Source: Candidatus Fermentibacteraceae bacterium
GTDB taxonomy: Bacteria > Fermentibacterota > Fermentibacteria > Fermentibacterales > JCC-6
Direction: 5' to 3'
DNA: 17,738 nt
Assembly: GCA_041686025.1 (NCBI GenBank)
Contig: JAWLEP010000017.1
Coordinates: 30,521 to 48,258, forward strand
In this document: one piece after another, positions 6,577-15,709 of the stretch
How the letters are laid out: every line of letters begins with the position of its first letter
Position numbering within the stretch: the first letter of the stretch is position 1
Program-made: the position numbers and the translations under genes
Notes under the pieces: model-generated
Told to the model about the DNA's origin: nothing
Database searches by the model: none
What the model saw: only the letters and a program-made list of their open reading frames with translations

Positions 6577-7959
6577 ATGGGAAAAGAGGAGCTGAGGAGC
6601 CTGCCGTCGGTTCACCAGCTGATGGAGGCGGTGTCGGCCGGGATGCCCCAGGCGCCACCTTCGGCCCTGCGCCACGCATGCAGGGAAGTTATCGAGGGGG
6701 AGCGGAAGCGCATACTGGCCGGGGACGGAGCCCGAAGCGCCGAGGAGCTGGCCGATGAGACCGCGGGCCGGCTGCAGGCCGCCCTGATGCCCAGCATGGA
6801 GAACGTCATCAACGCCACCGGCGTGATGCTGCACACCGCCATCGGGCGGGCCCCTATGCCCGAGGTTGCGGTGGAGGCCGCGGGCCGGGCCGCCCGGGGA
6901 TACACTGTCCTGCAGTGGGACCGGGAGACCGGAAGGCGCGGCCACCGCGACGAGCACGTGGAGGGGTTGATCACCGAGATAACCGGGGCCGAGGCGGCCA
7001 CGGTGGTGAACAACAACGCCGGCGCCACTCTGCTGGTCCTCTCGGCGCTTTGCCGCGGCCGGGAGGTAGTGGTCTCCCGGGGCCAGCTGGTGGAGATCGG
7101 CGGGGCCTTCCGCATTCCCGAGGTGATGCGCCAGAGCGGGGCGGTGATGCGGGAGGTGGGCTGCACCAACCGCACCCACCTCAGGGACTACGCCGAGGCC
7201 ATAGGCGAGGACACCGCCGCCCTGCTGCGGGTCCACCCCTCCAACTACCGCATAAGGGGATTCTCGGGGTTCCCCGAGCTGGCCGAGATGGTTCGGCTGG
7301 CCGAAGAGCACGGCCTGCCCGTGATCGATGACCTGGGTGCGGGAAGCCTGGTGGACCTGACGCTCTTCGGTCTGCCCCACGAGCCCACCGTACAGGACAG
7401 TCTGCGCGATGGCGCCTCCGTCACCACCAGCTCGGGCGACAAGCTGATCGGCGGCCCCCAGGCGGGGGTGATAACCGGCAGCAGGGATCTGATCGACAGG
7501 ATCAGGCGGCACCCCCTGGCCCGGGCGCTGCGGGTGGGCAAGATGACCCTGGCCACCATGGCCGCCACCCTGAGGCTGTTCCTGGAGGACCGGGAGTACA
7601 TCATCCGGAACCACCCCGTCTACGCCATGTTCGCCGTGGAGCCGGAGAAGCTGGAGGAGCGGGCGGGAGCCCTGCTCGATATGCTGCAGCTTCCCGACGG
7701 CTGCGCCGCGGAGGTGATCCCCACCGACAGCTACGTGGGCAGCGGGTCGCTGCCGGACACCGCCATACCCTCCTTCGGGATCGGCGTCACAGCCCCCGAC
7801 CCCGATGCCCTGGCCCGCAGGCTGAGGCTGGGAAGCCCAGCAGTGGCTTCCCGGGTGGAGGACGGGCTGCTGAAGCTGGACGTTCGAACGCTGCTTCCCG
7901 GCGAGGCGGAGACCCTGGCCGGCCTGGTGAGCAGGGAGGCCGCTTCCCTGTGGGCGTGA
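6577..7959 (+). CDS. selA: L-seryl-tRNA(Sec) selenium transferase (460 aa)
   Basis: LRSLPSV, VINATGVMLHTAIGRA, VVNNNAGA, SRGQLVEIGGAFRIPEVM, EVGCTNRTH, PLP-lysine motif SGDKLIGGPQAG. SD GGAGG upstream. Confidence 0.96.
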   Translation: MGKEELRSLPSVHQLMEAVSAGMPQAPPSALRHACREVIEGERKRILAGDGARSAEELADETAGRLQAALMPSMENVINATGVMLHTAIGRAPMPEVAVEAAGRAARGYTVLQWDRETGRRGHRDEHVEGLITEITGAEAATVVNNNAGATLLVLSALCRGREVVVSRGQLVEIGGAFRIPEVMRQSGAVMREVGCTNRTHLRDYAEAIGEDTAALLRVHPSNYRIRGFSGFPELAEMVRLAEEHGLPVIDDLGAGSLVDLTLFGLPHEPTVQDSLRDGASVTTSSGDKLIGGPQAGVITGSRDLIDRIRRHPLARALRVGKMTLATMAATLRLFLEDREYIIRNHPVYAMFAVEPEKLEERAGALLDMLQLPDGCAAEVIPTDSYVGSGSLPDTAIPSFGIGVTAPDPDALARRLRLGSPAVASRVEDGLLKLDVRTLLPGEAETLAGLVSREAASLWA

Positions 7960-9830
7960 TCGCCGGCACCGCGGGCCACATCGACCACGGCAAGAGCACC
8001 CTGGTTCAGCTGCTCACCGGCAAGGACCCCGACCGCCTGGCCGAGGAGAAGAAGCGGGGCATCACCATCGAGCTGGGCTACGTCTTCATGCCCGTCCCGG
8101 ACGGCGGAGTCCTCTCCTTCATCGACGTGCCCGGCCACGAGAAGTTCGTCCGCCAGATGGTTGCCGGCGTGGCCACGGTGGACTTCTTCCTGCTGGTGGT
8201 CTCCGCCGACGAGGGGGTCATGCCGCAGACGGTGGAGCACTTCGAGATCCTGCAGCTGCTGGACGTGGAGAGGGGCATAGTGGCCCTCACCAAGTGCGAT
8301 CTGGTGGACGACGAGCTGGCGGCCGTGGCCGAGGAGGAGGTGGGCGAGCTCCTGGCCGGAACCCCGGCGGAGGGGGCGGAGATAGTCCGGGTAAGCGCCA
8401 TCGACGGCCGGGGGATCGAGGAGCTCAGAGCGGCGTTGGAGAGGATGGCGGCGGAATCCGGCCAGCGCAGCTCCGAGGGGGACTTCCGGCTGGCCATCGA
8501 CCGGGTCTTCGTGCTGAAGGGGTACGGGACGATAGTGGGCGGAACGGCCCTCTCGGGGATGGTCCGGGTGGGGGACGAGCTGGAGCTGCAGCCCGGGGGC
8601 GGCACCTTCCGCGTCCGGGAGATGCGGATCAACGAGGGCCGCAGCACCGATCTGGGCAGGGCGGGGGACCGGATCGCCCTGAACCTGGTGGGGCTGGAGA
8701 AGGACATGGTGGCCAGGGGCCATTGCCTGGGCACCCCCGGCACCCTGGAGGTGGTGGACAGCCTGGATGCCTTCTGCAACATGCTTCCCGACGCCGCAGT
8801 GGACCTGGAGGCCAGGACCAGGGTGCGCTTCCACACCGGCACCGCGGAGGTGATGGCCAGGGCGGTTCCGGTGGCGAAGGAGGGCGTGGCCAGGGGCGGA
8901 AGCGGCTACGTGCACTTCCAGCTGGAGGAGCCGCTGGTGGCCATGTCCGGCGACCGCTACGTGATCCGCCGATACTCCCCGGTGGTGACCATAGGCGGGG
9001 GCAGGATACTGGAGACGGAGACCAGGAAGGTAAGGGCCAGGTTCCGGCAGAGCCGCACCGAGAGGATGGAGCTGCTGCAGGCCGGGGACCTGGAGGGCCT
9101 GCTGATGCACCTGCTGGAGGGCGAAAAATCTGGCGCCATCGACCTTTCTGGCGTATGTTCACGCTTCGGCCTGGAGGGCAAACGGGTCATGGAGGCCGCT
9201 GGGGAGCTGCAGAGCAGCGGGCTGGCCCGGCTGGCGGCCGACGGCCACCGGCTGGTGGCAGGCTCGCTCTACTCCGGAGCCAGGGAAGACGTTATGCAGG
9301 CGCTGGCGGAGCATCACAGCCGGCGGCCGGCCAGCCCCGGCCTTCCGGCCTCGCGGCTGGCCAGCGCCAGCGGAGGCCAGCCGGCCTGGCTGCTGCGGGA
9401 GGTCACCGACGAGCTGGTGTCGGATGGAGCCGTCCGCAGAGGCGATGGATACCTGGCTCTGCGCAGCCACCCCCGGCAGCTGGAGGGCGAGCTGGAGAGC
9501 AGGGCGGCGGCCCTGGAGGAGGCGGTGGAGGCCGCCGGCTACAGACCACCGGAGATGGCCGGGCTGGACGACCCCGGTCTGGCCCGCGACCTGGTGGAGC
9601 GGGGCCGCCTTCTGGAGCTGGGAGACGGCAGCGTGACCACTCCCGGCCTGGCCGAGAGATGTGCCCGGCTGCTGGCCGGGGAGTTCGGGGAACGGGGCTT
9701 CCGACTGGGGGAGATGAGGGATGCCCTGGGAGTTACCAGGAAGTACGCGCTGATGTGGGCCGAGCTGATGGACGACCTGGAGAAGACGGTCCGCAGGGGC
9801 GACTACAGATACCTCAGGTCCGGGGACTGA
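7950..9830 (+). CDS. selB: Selenocysteine-specific elongation factor SelB (626 aa)
   Basis: [60 protein letters not shown], and a C-terminal winged helix with TRKYA. Directly follows selA. Confidence 0.96.
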   Translation: MGVIAGTAGHIDHGKSTLVQLLTGKDPDRLAEEKKRGITIELGYVFMPVPDGGVLSFIDVPGHEKFVRQMVAGVATVDFFLLVVSADEGVMPQTVEHFEILQLLDVERGIVALTKCDLVDDELAAVAEEEVGELLAGTPAEGAEIVRVSAIDGRGIEELRAALERMAAESGQRSSEGDFRLAIDRVFVLKGYGTIVGGTALSGMVRVGDELELQPGGGTFRVREMRINEGRSTDLGRAGDRIALNLVGLEKDMVARGHCLGTPGTLEVVDSLDAFCNMLPDAAVDLEARTRVRFHTGTAEVMARAVPVAKEGVARGGSGYVHFQLEEPLVAMSGDRYVIRRYSPVVTIGGGRILETETRKVRARFRQSRTERMELLQAGDLEGLLMHLLEGEKSGAIDLSGVCSRFGLEGKRVMEAAGELQSSGLARLAADGHRLVAGSLYSGAREDVMQALAEHHSRRPASPGLPASRLASASGGQPAWLLREVTDELVSDGAVRRGDGYLALRSHPRQLEGELESRAAALEEAVEAAGYRPPEMAGLDDPGLARDLVERGRLLELGDGSVTTPGLAERCARLLAGEFGERGFRLGEMRDALGVTRKYALMWAELMDDLEKTVRRGDYRYLRSGD

Positions 9831-9866
9831 CAGGGGCCTGCAGGTCCGACAAGCGATGGAGGAGCG

Positions 9867-11168
9867 ATGCATATAGCGGTGGTTGGTACCGGCTACGTGG
9901 GACTCGTGGGAGCCACCTGTCTGGCGGAGATGGGAAACGACGTCATCTGCGTGGACAAGGACGAGGGCAAGATTGAGGGTCTGCGAAACGGGGTCATCCC
10001 CATATACGAGCCAGGCCTGGAGGCCATGGTGGAGCGCAACTTCAGGGAGGGCCGCCTCAGCTTCACCACCGACATCTCCAGGGGGGTCCGGGAGAGCTCC
10101 ATCATCTACATATCCGTGGGCACGCCCCCCGACGAGGACGGCTCCGCCGACCTGCAGCACGTCCTGTCGGTGGCAAGGGACATCGGACGCCACATGGACG
10201 GATACCGCATCGTGGTCAACAAGAGCACCGTGCCCGTGGGAACCGCCGAGATGGTGAGGGAGGCCATCGCCGGGCAGACCGACCACCCGGTGGACGTGGT
10301 GAGCAACCCGGAGTTCCTCAAGGAGGGCTCGGCGGTGGATGACTTCATGAAGCCCGACAGGATAGTGATCGGCACCGACTCGCAGGAGGCGGCGGAGACC
10401 ATGAGCGAGCTCTACGCGCCCTTCGTGCGCACCAACAACCCCATCCTGGTCATGAGCAACCGCAGCGCCGAGCTGACCAAGTACGTGGCCAACAGTCTCC
10501 TGGCCACCCGGATATCCTTCATGAACGAGATCGCCAACCTCTGCGACATCATCGACGCGGACGTGTCCGACATCCGCCGCGGGATCGGATCGGACCGGCG
10601 GATCGGCACCAGCTTCCTGTTCCCCGGTGCGGGGTTCGGGGGCTCGTGCTTCCCCAAGGACATCCGCGCCCTGCAGTCCACCAGCCGTGAGCACGGCTAC
10701 CCGCTGCAGGTCCTGGAGGCGGTGACCCGGGTGAACGGACAGCAGAAGAAGGTGCTGGTGAAGAAGGCCGAGAACCACTTCGACGGCAGCCTGGAGGGAC
10801 TGCGGTTCGCCGTATGGGGCCTCTCCTTCAAGCCCAACACCGACGACATGCGCGAGGCATCGGCCATAACCGTGGTCCGCGGCCTCCTGGAGCGGGGGGC
10901 GAAGGTCTCCGCCTTCGACCCCAAGGCCATGGAGAACGCCAGGAGGATACTGGGCGACTCGGTCTCCTACGCCGGCTCCAACTACGAGGCGCTGCGGGGG
11001 GCCGACGCCCTGATGCTGGTAACCGAGTGGACCGAGTTCCGGGAGCCGGACTTCGACCGGATGCGCGACCTGATGAAGCAGCCGGTGGTGTTCGACGGCC
11101 GCAACATCTTCAACCCGTCGAAGCTGCGGGCCAAAGGCTTCGTCTACTACGGCATAGGGAGGCGGTAG
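9867..11168 (+). CDS. ugd: UDP-glucose 6-dehydrogenase (433 aa)
   Basis: GTGYVGLV, KSTVPVGT, SNPEFLKEG, catalytic GFGGSCFPKD, GLSFKPNTDDMRE, DGRN. Confidence 0.93.
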   Translation: MHIAVVGTGYVGLVGATCLAEMGNDVICVDKDEGKIEGLRNGVIPIYEPGLEAMVERNFREGRLSFTTDISRGVRESSIIYISVGTPPDEDGSADLQHVLSVARDIGRHMDGYRIVVNKSTVPVGTAEMVREAIAGQTDHPVDVVSNPEFLKEGSAVDDFMKPDRIVIGTDSQEAAETMSELYAPFVRTNNPILVMSNRSAELTKYVANSLLATRISFMNEIANLCDIIDADVSDIRRGIGSDRRIGTSFLFPGAGFGGSCFPKDIRALQSTSREHGYPLQVLEAVTRVNGQQKKVLVKKAENHFDGSLEGLRFAVWGLSFKPNTDDMREASAITVVRGLLERGAKVSAFDPKAMENARRILGDSVSYAGSNYEALRGADALMLVTEWTEFREPDFDRMRDLMKQPVVFDGRNIFNPSKLRAKGFVYYGIGRR

Positions 11169-11169
11169 C

Positions 11170-12465
11170 GTGTCGGAGAAGCCCTCGGTAGCGGTTGTGG
11201 GCCTGGGTTACGTGGGCCTGCCCCTGGCCATGGAGTTCGTCTTCGGCGGGTGTCGCGTACACGGCGTGGACGCGGACCCGGAGAAGCCCAGGATGCTGCT
11301 GGAGGAGAAGAGGAGCTACCTGCGGCACATCCCCTCCGACAAGGTTCGCCAGGCCGTGGATACGGGGAGGTTCAGCGCTTCGGTGGGCTTCGAGGGCCTG
11401 GAGGACTGCGACGCGGTGCTGATCTGCGTTCCCACCCCCCTGGGGCGCTCGCGGGAGCCGGAGCTGCGCTACGTCCGGGAGACGGCGGAGGATATTGCCG
11501 CCCACCTGCGGAAGGGCCAGCTGGTGGTCCTGGAGTCCACCACCTATCCCGGTACCACCCGCGACGAGCTGGTGCCCATTCTGGAGAGTAGCGGCCTGAA
11601 AGCCGGCCGGGACTTTTACGTGGCCTTCTCCCCGGAGAGGGAGGACCCGGGGAACAAGACCTTCAGCACCAGGACCATTCCCAAGCTGGTGGGCGCCCTC
11701 ACCGAGGAGGGAGGCCGGCTGGCGCGGGACATCTACCTCAACGCCGTGGAGGAGGTTGTGGTGGTGGGCTCTCCGGAGGTGGCGGAGATGGCCAAGATCA
11801 CCGAGAACACCTACCGGGCGGTGAACATCGCCCTGGTGAACGAGCTGAAGCTACTGGCCGACAGGATGGGGATAGACATATGGGAGGTCATCGACGCGGC
11901 CTCCACGAAGCCCTTCGGCTACACCCCGTTCTACCCCGGCCCCGGCCTGGGGGGACACTGCATACCCATCGACCCCTTCTATCTCACCTGGCGGGCGCAC
12001 CAGTTCGGCATGCCCACCAGGTTCATCGAGCTGGCCGGGGAGGTGAACACCGGCATGCCGGCCTTCGTGGTGGAGAAGGTCTGCATGGTCCTGAACCGCC
12101 AGGAGAGGAGCGTGAAGGGGAGCAGGATACTGCTGCTGGGCATGGCCTACAAGCCCGACATCGACGACTACCGGGAGACCCCGGCGCTGAAGGTGATGGA
12201 GAGGCTGCAGGAGATGGGGGCCCGGGTGGACTACAACGACCCCTACGTGAAGAGGATACCCGAGGGAACCAGACAGACCAGGTGCACTCCGGAGTCCGTG
12301 GACCTCTCCGAGGAGGCCCTGTCGGAATGCGACTGCGTGGTTGTCATAACAGATCATTCCTGCTACGATTACCAGTGGATAGTAGACCACTCCAGGGTCG
12401 TGGTGGACACCAGGAACGCCTGCTCCGGTGTCGACGACCCCCAGGGAAAGGTAGTAAAGGCTTGA
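11170..12465 (+). CDS. Nucleotide-sugar dehydrogenase, UDP-N-acetylhexosamine 6-dehydrogenase type (WbpA/WbpO/WecC family), 431 aa
   Basis: GLGYVGLPLA, ICVPTP, LESTTYPGTT, FSPEREDPGN, PGPGLGGHCIPIDP, GMAYKPDIDDYRE, DTRN. The exact substrate cannot be determined from sequence alone. Confidence 0.9.
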   Translation: MSEKPSVAVVGLGYVGLPLAMEFVFGGCRVHGVDADPEKPRMLLEEKRSYLRHIPSDKVRQAVDTGRFSASVGFEGLEDCDAVLICVPTPLGRSREPELRYVRETAEDIAAHLRKGQLVVLESTTYPGTTRDELVPILESSGLKAGRDFYVAFSPEREDPGNKTFSTRTIPKLVGALTEEGGRLARDIYLNAVEEVVVVGSPEVAEMAKITENTYRAVNIALVNELKLLADRMGIDIWEVIDAASTKPFGYTPFYPGPGLGGHCIPIDPFYLTWRAHQFGMPTRFIELAGEVNTGMPAFVVEKVCMVLNRQERSVKGSRILLLGMAYKPDIDDYRETPALKVMERLQEMGARVDYNDPYVKRIPEGTRQTRCTPESVDLSEEALSECDCVVVITDHSCYDYQWIVDHSRVVVDTRNACSGVDDPQGKVVKA

Positions 12466-12893
12466 CGAGAACCCTGCCTCTGCTGCTCCTTCTGGCCGCG
12501 GCAGCCGTCTCCGCCAGCGGCATGGAGAGCTACTACGTACCCGGCGTGGAGACCGGAGAGGTGCTGATCAACGTCCACATCTGGGGCGAGGTCAGGACCC
12601 CGGGGACCTTCCAGGTGCCGGTGGGCAGCGATCTCGTGGCGGCCCTCTCCGCCGCCGGCGGACCCGTCCGCACCGCCGACCTCGACCACGTGAAGGTGGT
12701 GGAGGGGGAGACCGAGGTGGAGTACAACCTGGCGGACTTTCTGGAGGCCGAGGGCGAGCCGCTCCCGGTACTGGGTCCCGGCGCCACGGTCTACGTGCCC
12801 GAGCGGGGCTTCGAGGGATGGAAGGAAGTGATTGACTTCGGCTACAAGATCCTGGTGGCGGTGAACCTCGTATGGGTGATGACGGAGCGCTGA
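12462..12893 (+). CDS. Small exported SLBB-domain protein, Wza/OPX-like (143 aa)
   Basis: TTGA overlap with the upstream stop. Signal peptide MTRTLPLLLLLAAAAVSA, SLBB signature VHIWGEVRTPG...LVAALSAAGG...LGPGATVYVP, C-terminal hydrophobic/amphipathic helix. Directly upstream of the wzc-like gene. Confidence 0.8.
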   Translation: MTRTLPLLLLLAAAAVSASGMESYYVPGVETGEVLINVHIWGEVRTPGTFQVPVGSDLVAALSAAGGPVRTADLDHVKVVEGETEVEYNLADFLEAEGEPLPVLGPGATVYVPERGFEGWKEVIDFGYKILVAVNLVWVMTER

Positions 12894-15100
12894 GCAGGGG
12901 CCGGCCGGAGGAGCAGGAGACCCTCAACCTGGCCGAGTACCTGTGGCTGATCCGGCGGGGCAAGTGGATCATTCTGGCCTTCGTGGTGGTGTCGGTGGCC
13001 GTGAGCGTCTACATCACCATGAACACCGAGGCCGTCTACCGCTCCAGCGGGACCTTCATCTACAAGCCCAACAATACGATATCCAGGGCCCTGGACATGT
13101 CGGGGGGCGTCTCCTGGTTCGAGGTGGAGACCTACCGCAACGACCAGGTGGAGATAATCAACAGCAGAAGCCTGGCCGAGGCGGTGGCGGACTCCATCCT
13201 CCGTTCCCCGGACTCCGACAGCATCATCTCCCTGCTCTACGACGGGAACCCGCCCCCGGCGCCCCAGCTGCGTGGCTCCCTGGTGGGCCTGGTGAGGGGC
13301 AGGTCCTCGGTGAGCATGAAGAAGGACACCGACTTCTTCGTCCTCTCCGCCACCGGCGACACCCCCACGGCGGCGGCCGCCCTGGCCAACCTGGTGATGC
13401 ACACCTACTACCGCCGCAACCTCAGCCAGGCCCGGGGCGAGAACCGCGAGGTAAGGGAGTTCCTTCAGACCCAGATGGGGCTCATCGAGCGTCAGCTGCT
13501 GACCGACGAGGACTCCCTGCGCCGCTTCAAGGAGCGCAACAGCATGGCCGACCTGGACACCGAGACCACCAACCTGGTACGCAACCTGGCCACCATGCAG
13601 ACCCAGGCCGAGGCCGCCAGGACGGCCGTGGGCGAGGCCGAGACCCGGTCCGCCTACTACCGCTCCAGGATAGACGAGTACCGCGACGGGCTGGTGGGGG
13701 AGATGGCCGAGGTTAACGATACCCGCATCTCCCAGCTGCAGACGGACATATCCACGCTGGAAACCGCAAGGGCCGAGCTTCTCGCCCAGGGAGCAGACAG
13801 CCTGGCGGTGGCCGCCATCGACCGCCGGCTTCAGACTCGACGGGAGGAGCTGACCCTGTCCATCAGGGGCAAGGCGTCGGTTACCTTTCCCGCCAACCCC
13901 ACCGGACCACTGGATGGCTGGATGCAGAGCCTGGCCGAGGCGGAGGCGGAGCGCAGGGCGCAGACCAGCCGCTGGCGGGCCCTGTCAGGTGTTGCCGCGG
14001 GCATGGAGGACAGCCTGTCCGAACTGCCCGAGCTGGAGATGCGGCTGGCCAGGCTGGAGCGCAACCGGCAGGTGAGCGAGAACATCTACATCCTGCTGCG
14101 CACCAAGTACGAGGAGACCCGCATCTCCGAGGTCAGCCAGATAGGCGACGTGACCATCGTGGACACCGCCCTGCCCGGCGGAAAGGTGAAGCCCTCCGAG
14201 AGGCGCAACCTGATCATGGGCCTGCTGGTGGGCCTGGCCCTGGGTGTGGGTACGGTCTTCCTGCGCGAGCAGCTGGACACCAGCGTGAAGAACCCCGAGG
14301 ACGTGGAGCAGCTGGGTATTACGGTGCTGGGAGTGATACCGCGCATGGACCTGGGCCGCAAGGGGGTCCGGATGCCGGTGACCGACTCCAGCCCCCGGTC
14401 GCCGGCCAGCGAGGCCTACCGCGACCTGCGGACCTCCCTCCGCTTCAGCGCCACCGAGGGCCCCATGCGCAGCCTGGTGGTCACCAGCGCCGGCCCCCGG
14501 GAGGGCAAGTCCATGACGGTGGCCAACCTGGCGGTGGTGATGGCCCAGGCCGGGCAGAAGGTCCTTCTGGTGGACACCGACCTGCGCCGGCCGGTCATGC
14601 ACAACATCTTCAGCCTGAAGCGGGAGCCGGGGCTCACCGAGGTCATCGCCGACATCAAGAGCCTGGATGATCCGAACGTGATCAAGTCCACCGGCATCGA
14701 GAACCTCAGCGTACTCACCTGCGGCCGCCTTCCCCACAACCCCGCGGAGATGGTGGGCAGCGGGCGCATGCGGACGCTGACCCGGGAGCTGGAGGAGCGG
14801 TTCGACATCGTGCTGCTGGACAGCCCGCCCGTTGCGGTGGTCACCGACCCCATAGTCCTCAGCGCCATGGCCGATGCCACACTGGTGGTGGTGATGTCCA
14901 AGCTGGGGGACAAGAAGGTGCTCAGAAGCGCCTGGACCAAGCTGCAGCGGACGGCCAGCAACCTCACCGGCGCCCTGCTGAACGGTTTCGACCCCATAAG
15001 CATGTACACCTCCTACGGGTACTACACCTACAGGTACCACTACTACTACAGCGACGACGGCTCCCGCTCCAAACGAAGGTTCGGCCGGGACAAGAGCTGA
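12872..15100 (+). CDS. wzc: Polysaccharide co-polymerase / BY-kinase, Wzc (GumC-CapB) family (742 aa; start uncertain)
   Basis: Two TM segments flanking a long coiled-coil region, SEAYRDLRT, Walker A SAGPREGKS, LLVDTDLRRP, Walker B LLDSPP, and C-terminal Tyr cluster YTSYGYYTYRYHYYY. Confidence 0.92.
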   Translation: MGDDGALSRGRPEEQETLNLAEYLWLIRRGKWIILAFVVVSVAVSVYITMNTEAVYRSSGTFIYKPNNTISRALDMSGGVSWFEVETYRNDQVEIINSRSLAEAVADSILRSPDSDSIISLLYDGNPPPAPQLRGSLVGLVRGRSSVSMKKDTDFFVLSATGDTPTAAAALANLVMHTYYRRNLSQARGENREVREFLQTQMGLIERQLLTDEDSLRRFKERNSMADLDTETTNLVRNLATMQTQAEAARTAVGEAETRSAYYRSRIDEYRDGLVGEMAEVNDTRISQLQTDISTLETARAELLAQGADSLAVAAIDRRLQTRREELTLSIRGKASVTFPANPTGPLDGWMQSLAEAEAERRAQTSRWRALSGVAAGMEDSLSELPELEMRLARLERNRQVSENIYILLRTKYEETRISEVSQIGDVTIVDTALPGGKVKPSERRNLIMGLLVGLALGVGTVFLREQLDTSVKNPEDVEQLGITVLGVIPRMDLGRKGVRMPVTDSSPRSPASEAYRDLRTSLRFSATEGPMRSLVVTSAGPREGKSMTVANLAVVMAQAGQKVLLVDTDLRRPVMHNIFSLKREPGLTEVIADIKSLDDPNVIKSTGIENLSVLTCGRLPHNPAEMVGSGRMRTLTRELEERFDIVLLDSPPVAVVTDPIVLSAMADATLVVVMSKLGDKKVLRSAWTKLQRTASNLTGALLNGFDPISMYTSYGYYTYRYHYYYSDDGSRSKRRFGRDKS

Positions 15101-15170
15101 TTCCGGCACCCCGGTCTCACCCATCCGAAAATGCCAGGTGTTTCCTGTATACTTGACGCTCACGAGGTAT

Positions 15171-15226
15171 GTGGTGGTGTGTAGTGTCATGTAGTGGGTT
15201 GACAGTGGGAGAAAGTGGGGTAGAAT
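15171..15226 (+). promoter_or_regulatory. dcw promoter with overlapping MraZ-binding repeats
   Basis: TTGACA (15199-15204), 16 nt, TAGAAT (15221-15226). GTG(G) cores at 15174, 15184, 15194, 15205 and 15215 (10-11 nt period), including three AGTGGG. Confidence 0.85.
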
Positions 15227-15247
15227 ATCTCCGGGAGGTCGAATGGC

Positions 15248-15685
15248 ATGCCGGAGTTCACTGGGACCTACACGCACACGCTGGACAGCAAGGGGAGGGT
15301 CAGCGTCCCCGCCGCCTACCGCCGCCAGCTCACCGGCGAGGGCCTGCACCTCAACCTGGGGCTGGACGGCTGCCTCGTAATCTACCCGCCCGAGAAGTGG
15401 GAGTCGGTTAAGCGCGAGCTCTCCAGGCTCTCCCGCGGCCGGGGTCCCGAGAGGTTCTTCATGCGCAGGTTCGCCCGCTATCTGCGGGCGGTGAGCCTGG
15501 ACGCCCAGGGACGGATAATGATCCCGTCGGAGCTTCTGGAGAAGGCGGGGATCGGGGGCGAGGTGGTCTTCCTGGGCCAGCTGGACAGCATCGAGCTCTG
15601 GGCTCCGGACAGGTTCGACACTGCCAGCGGCGAGGAGGAGCTCAGCTTCGAGCAGGTCGCCGAGGACCTGGGAATCAACATCTGA
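15248..15685 (+). CDS. mraZ: Division/cell-wall cluster transcriptional repressor MraZ (145 aa)
   Basis: Two DxxGR motifs (TLDSKGRVSVP, SLDAQGRIMIP), GLDGCL and IELW. Position upstream of rsmH. SD GGGAGG. Confidence 0.96.
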   Translation: MPEFTGTYTHTLDSKGRVSVPAAYRRQLTGEGLHLNLGLDGCLVIYPPEKWESVKRELSRLSRGRGPERFFMRRFARYLRAVSLDAQGRIMIPSELLEKAGIGGEVVFLGQLDSIELWAPDRFDTASGEEELSFEQVAEDLGINI

Positions 15686-15709
15686 CGTCGGAAACGGTGG
15701 TGCATCCTG

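Noticed and set aside
1247..9830. Selenoprotein (internal UGA) or tRNA-Sec within the rnf/sel region
   Set aside because: All ORFs are full-length with Cys at the motif positions, and the intergenic gaps are too short for selC.
15176..15200. Possible NrdR box (CATGTAGTG) upstream of mraZ, and NrdR or Rex boxes upstream of rnfC
   Set aside because: Only half-site similarity with no 16-18 bp palindrome. The mraZ repeats are better explained as MraZ boxes.
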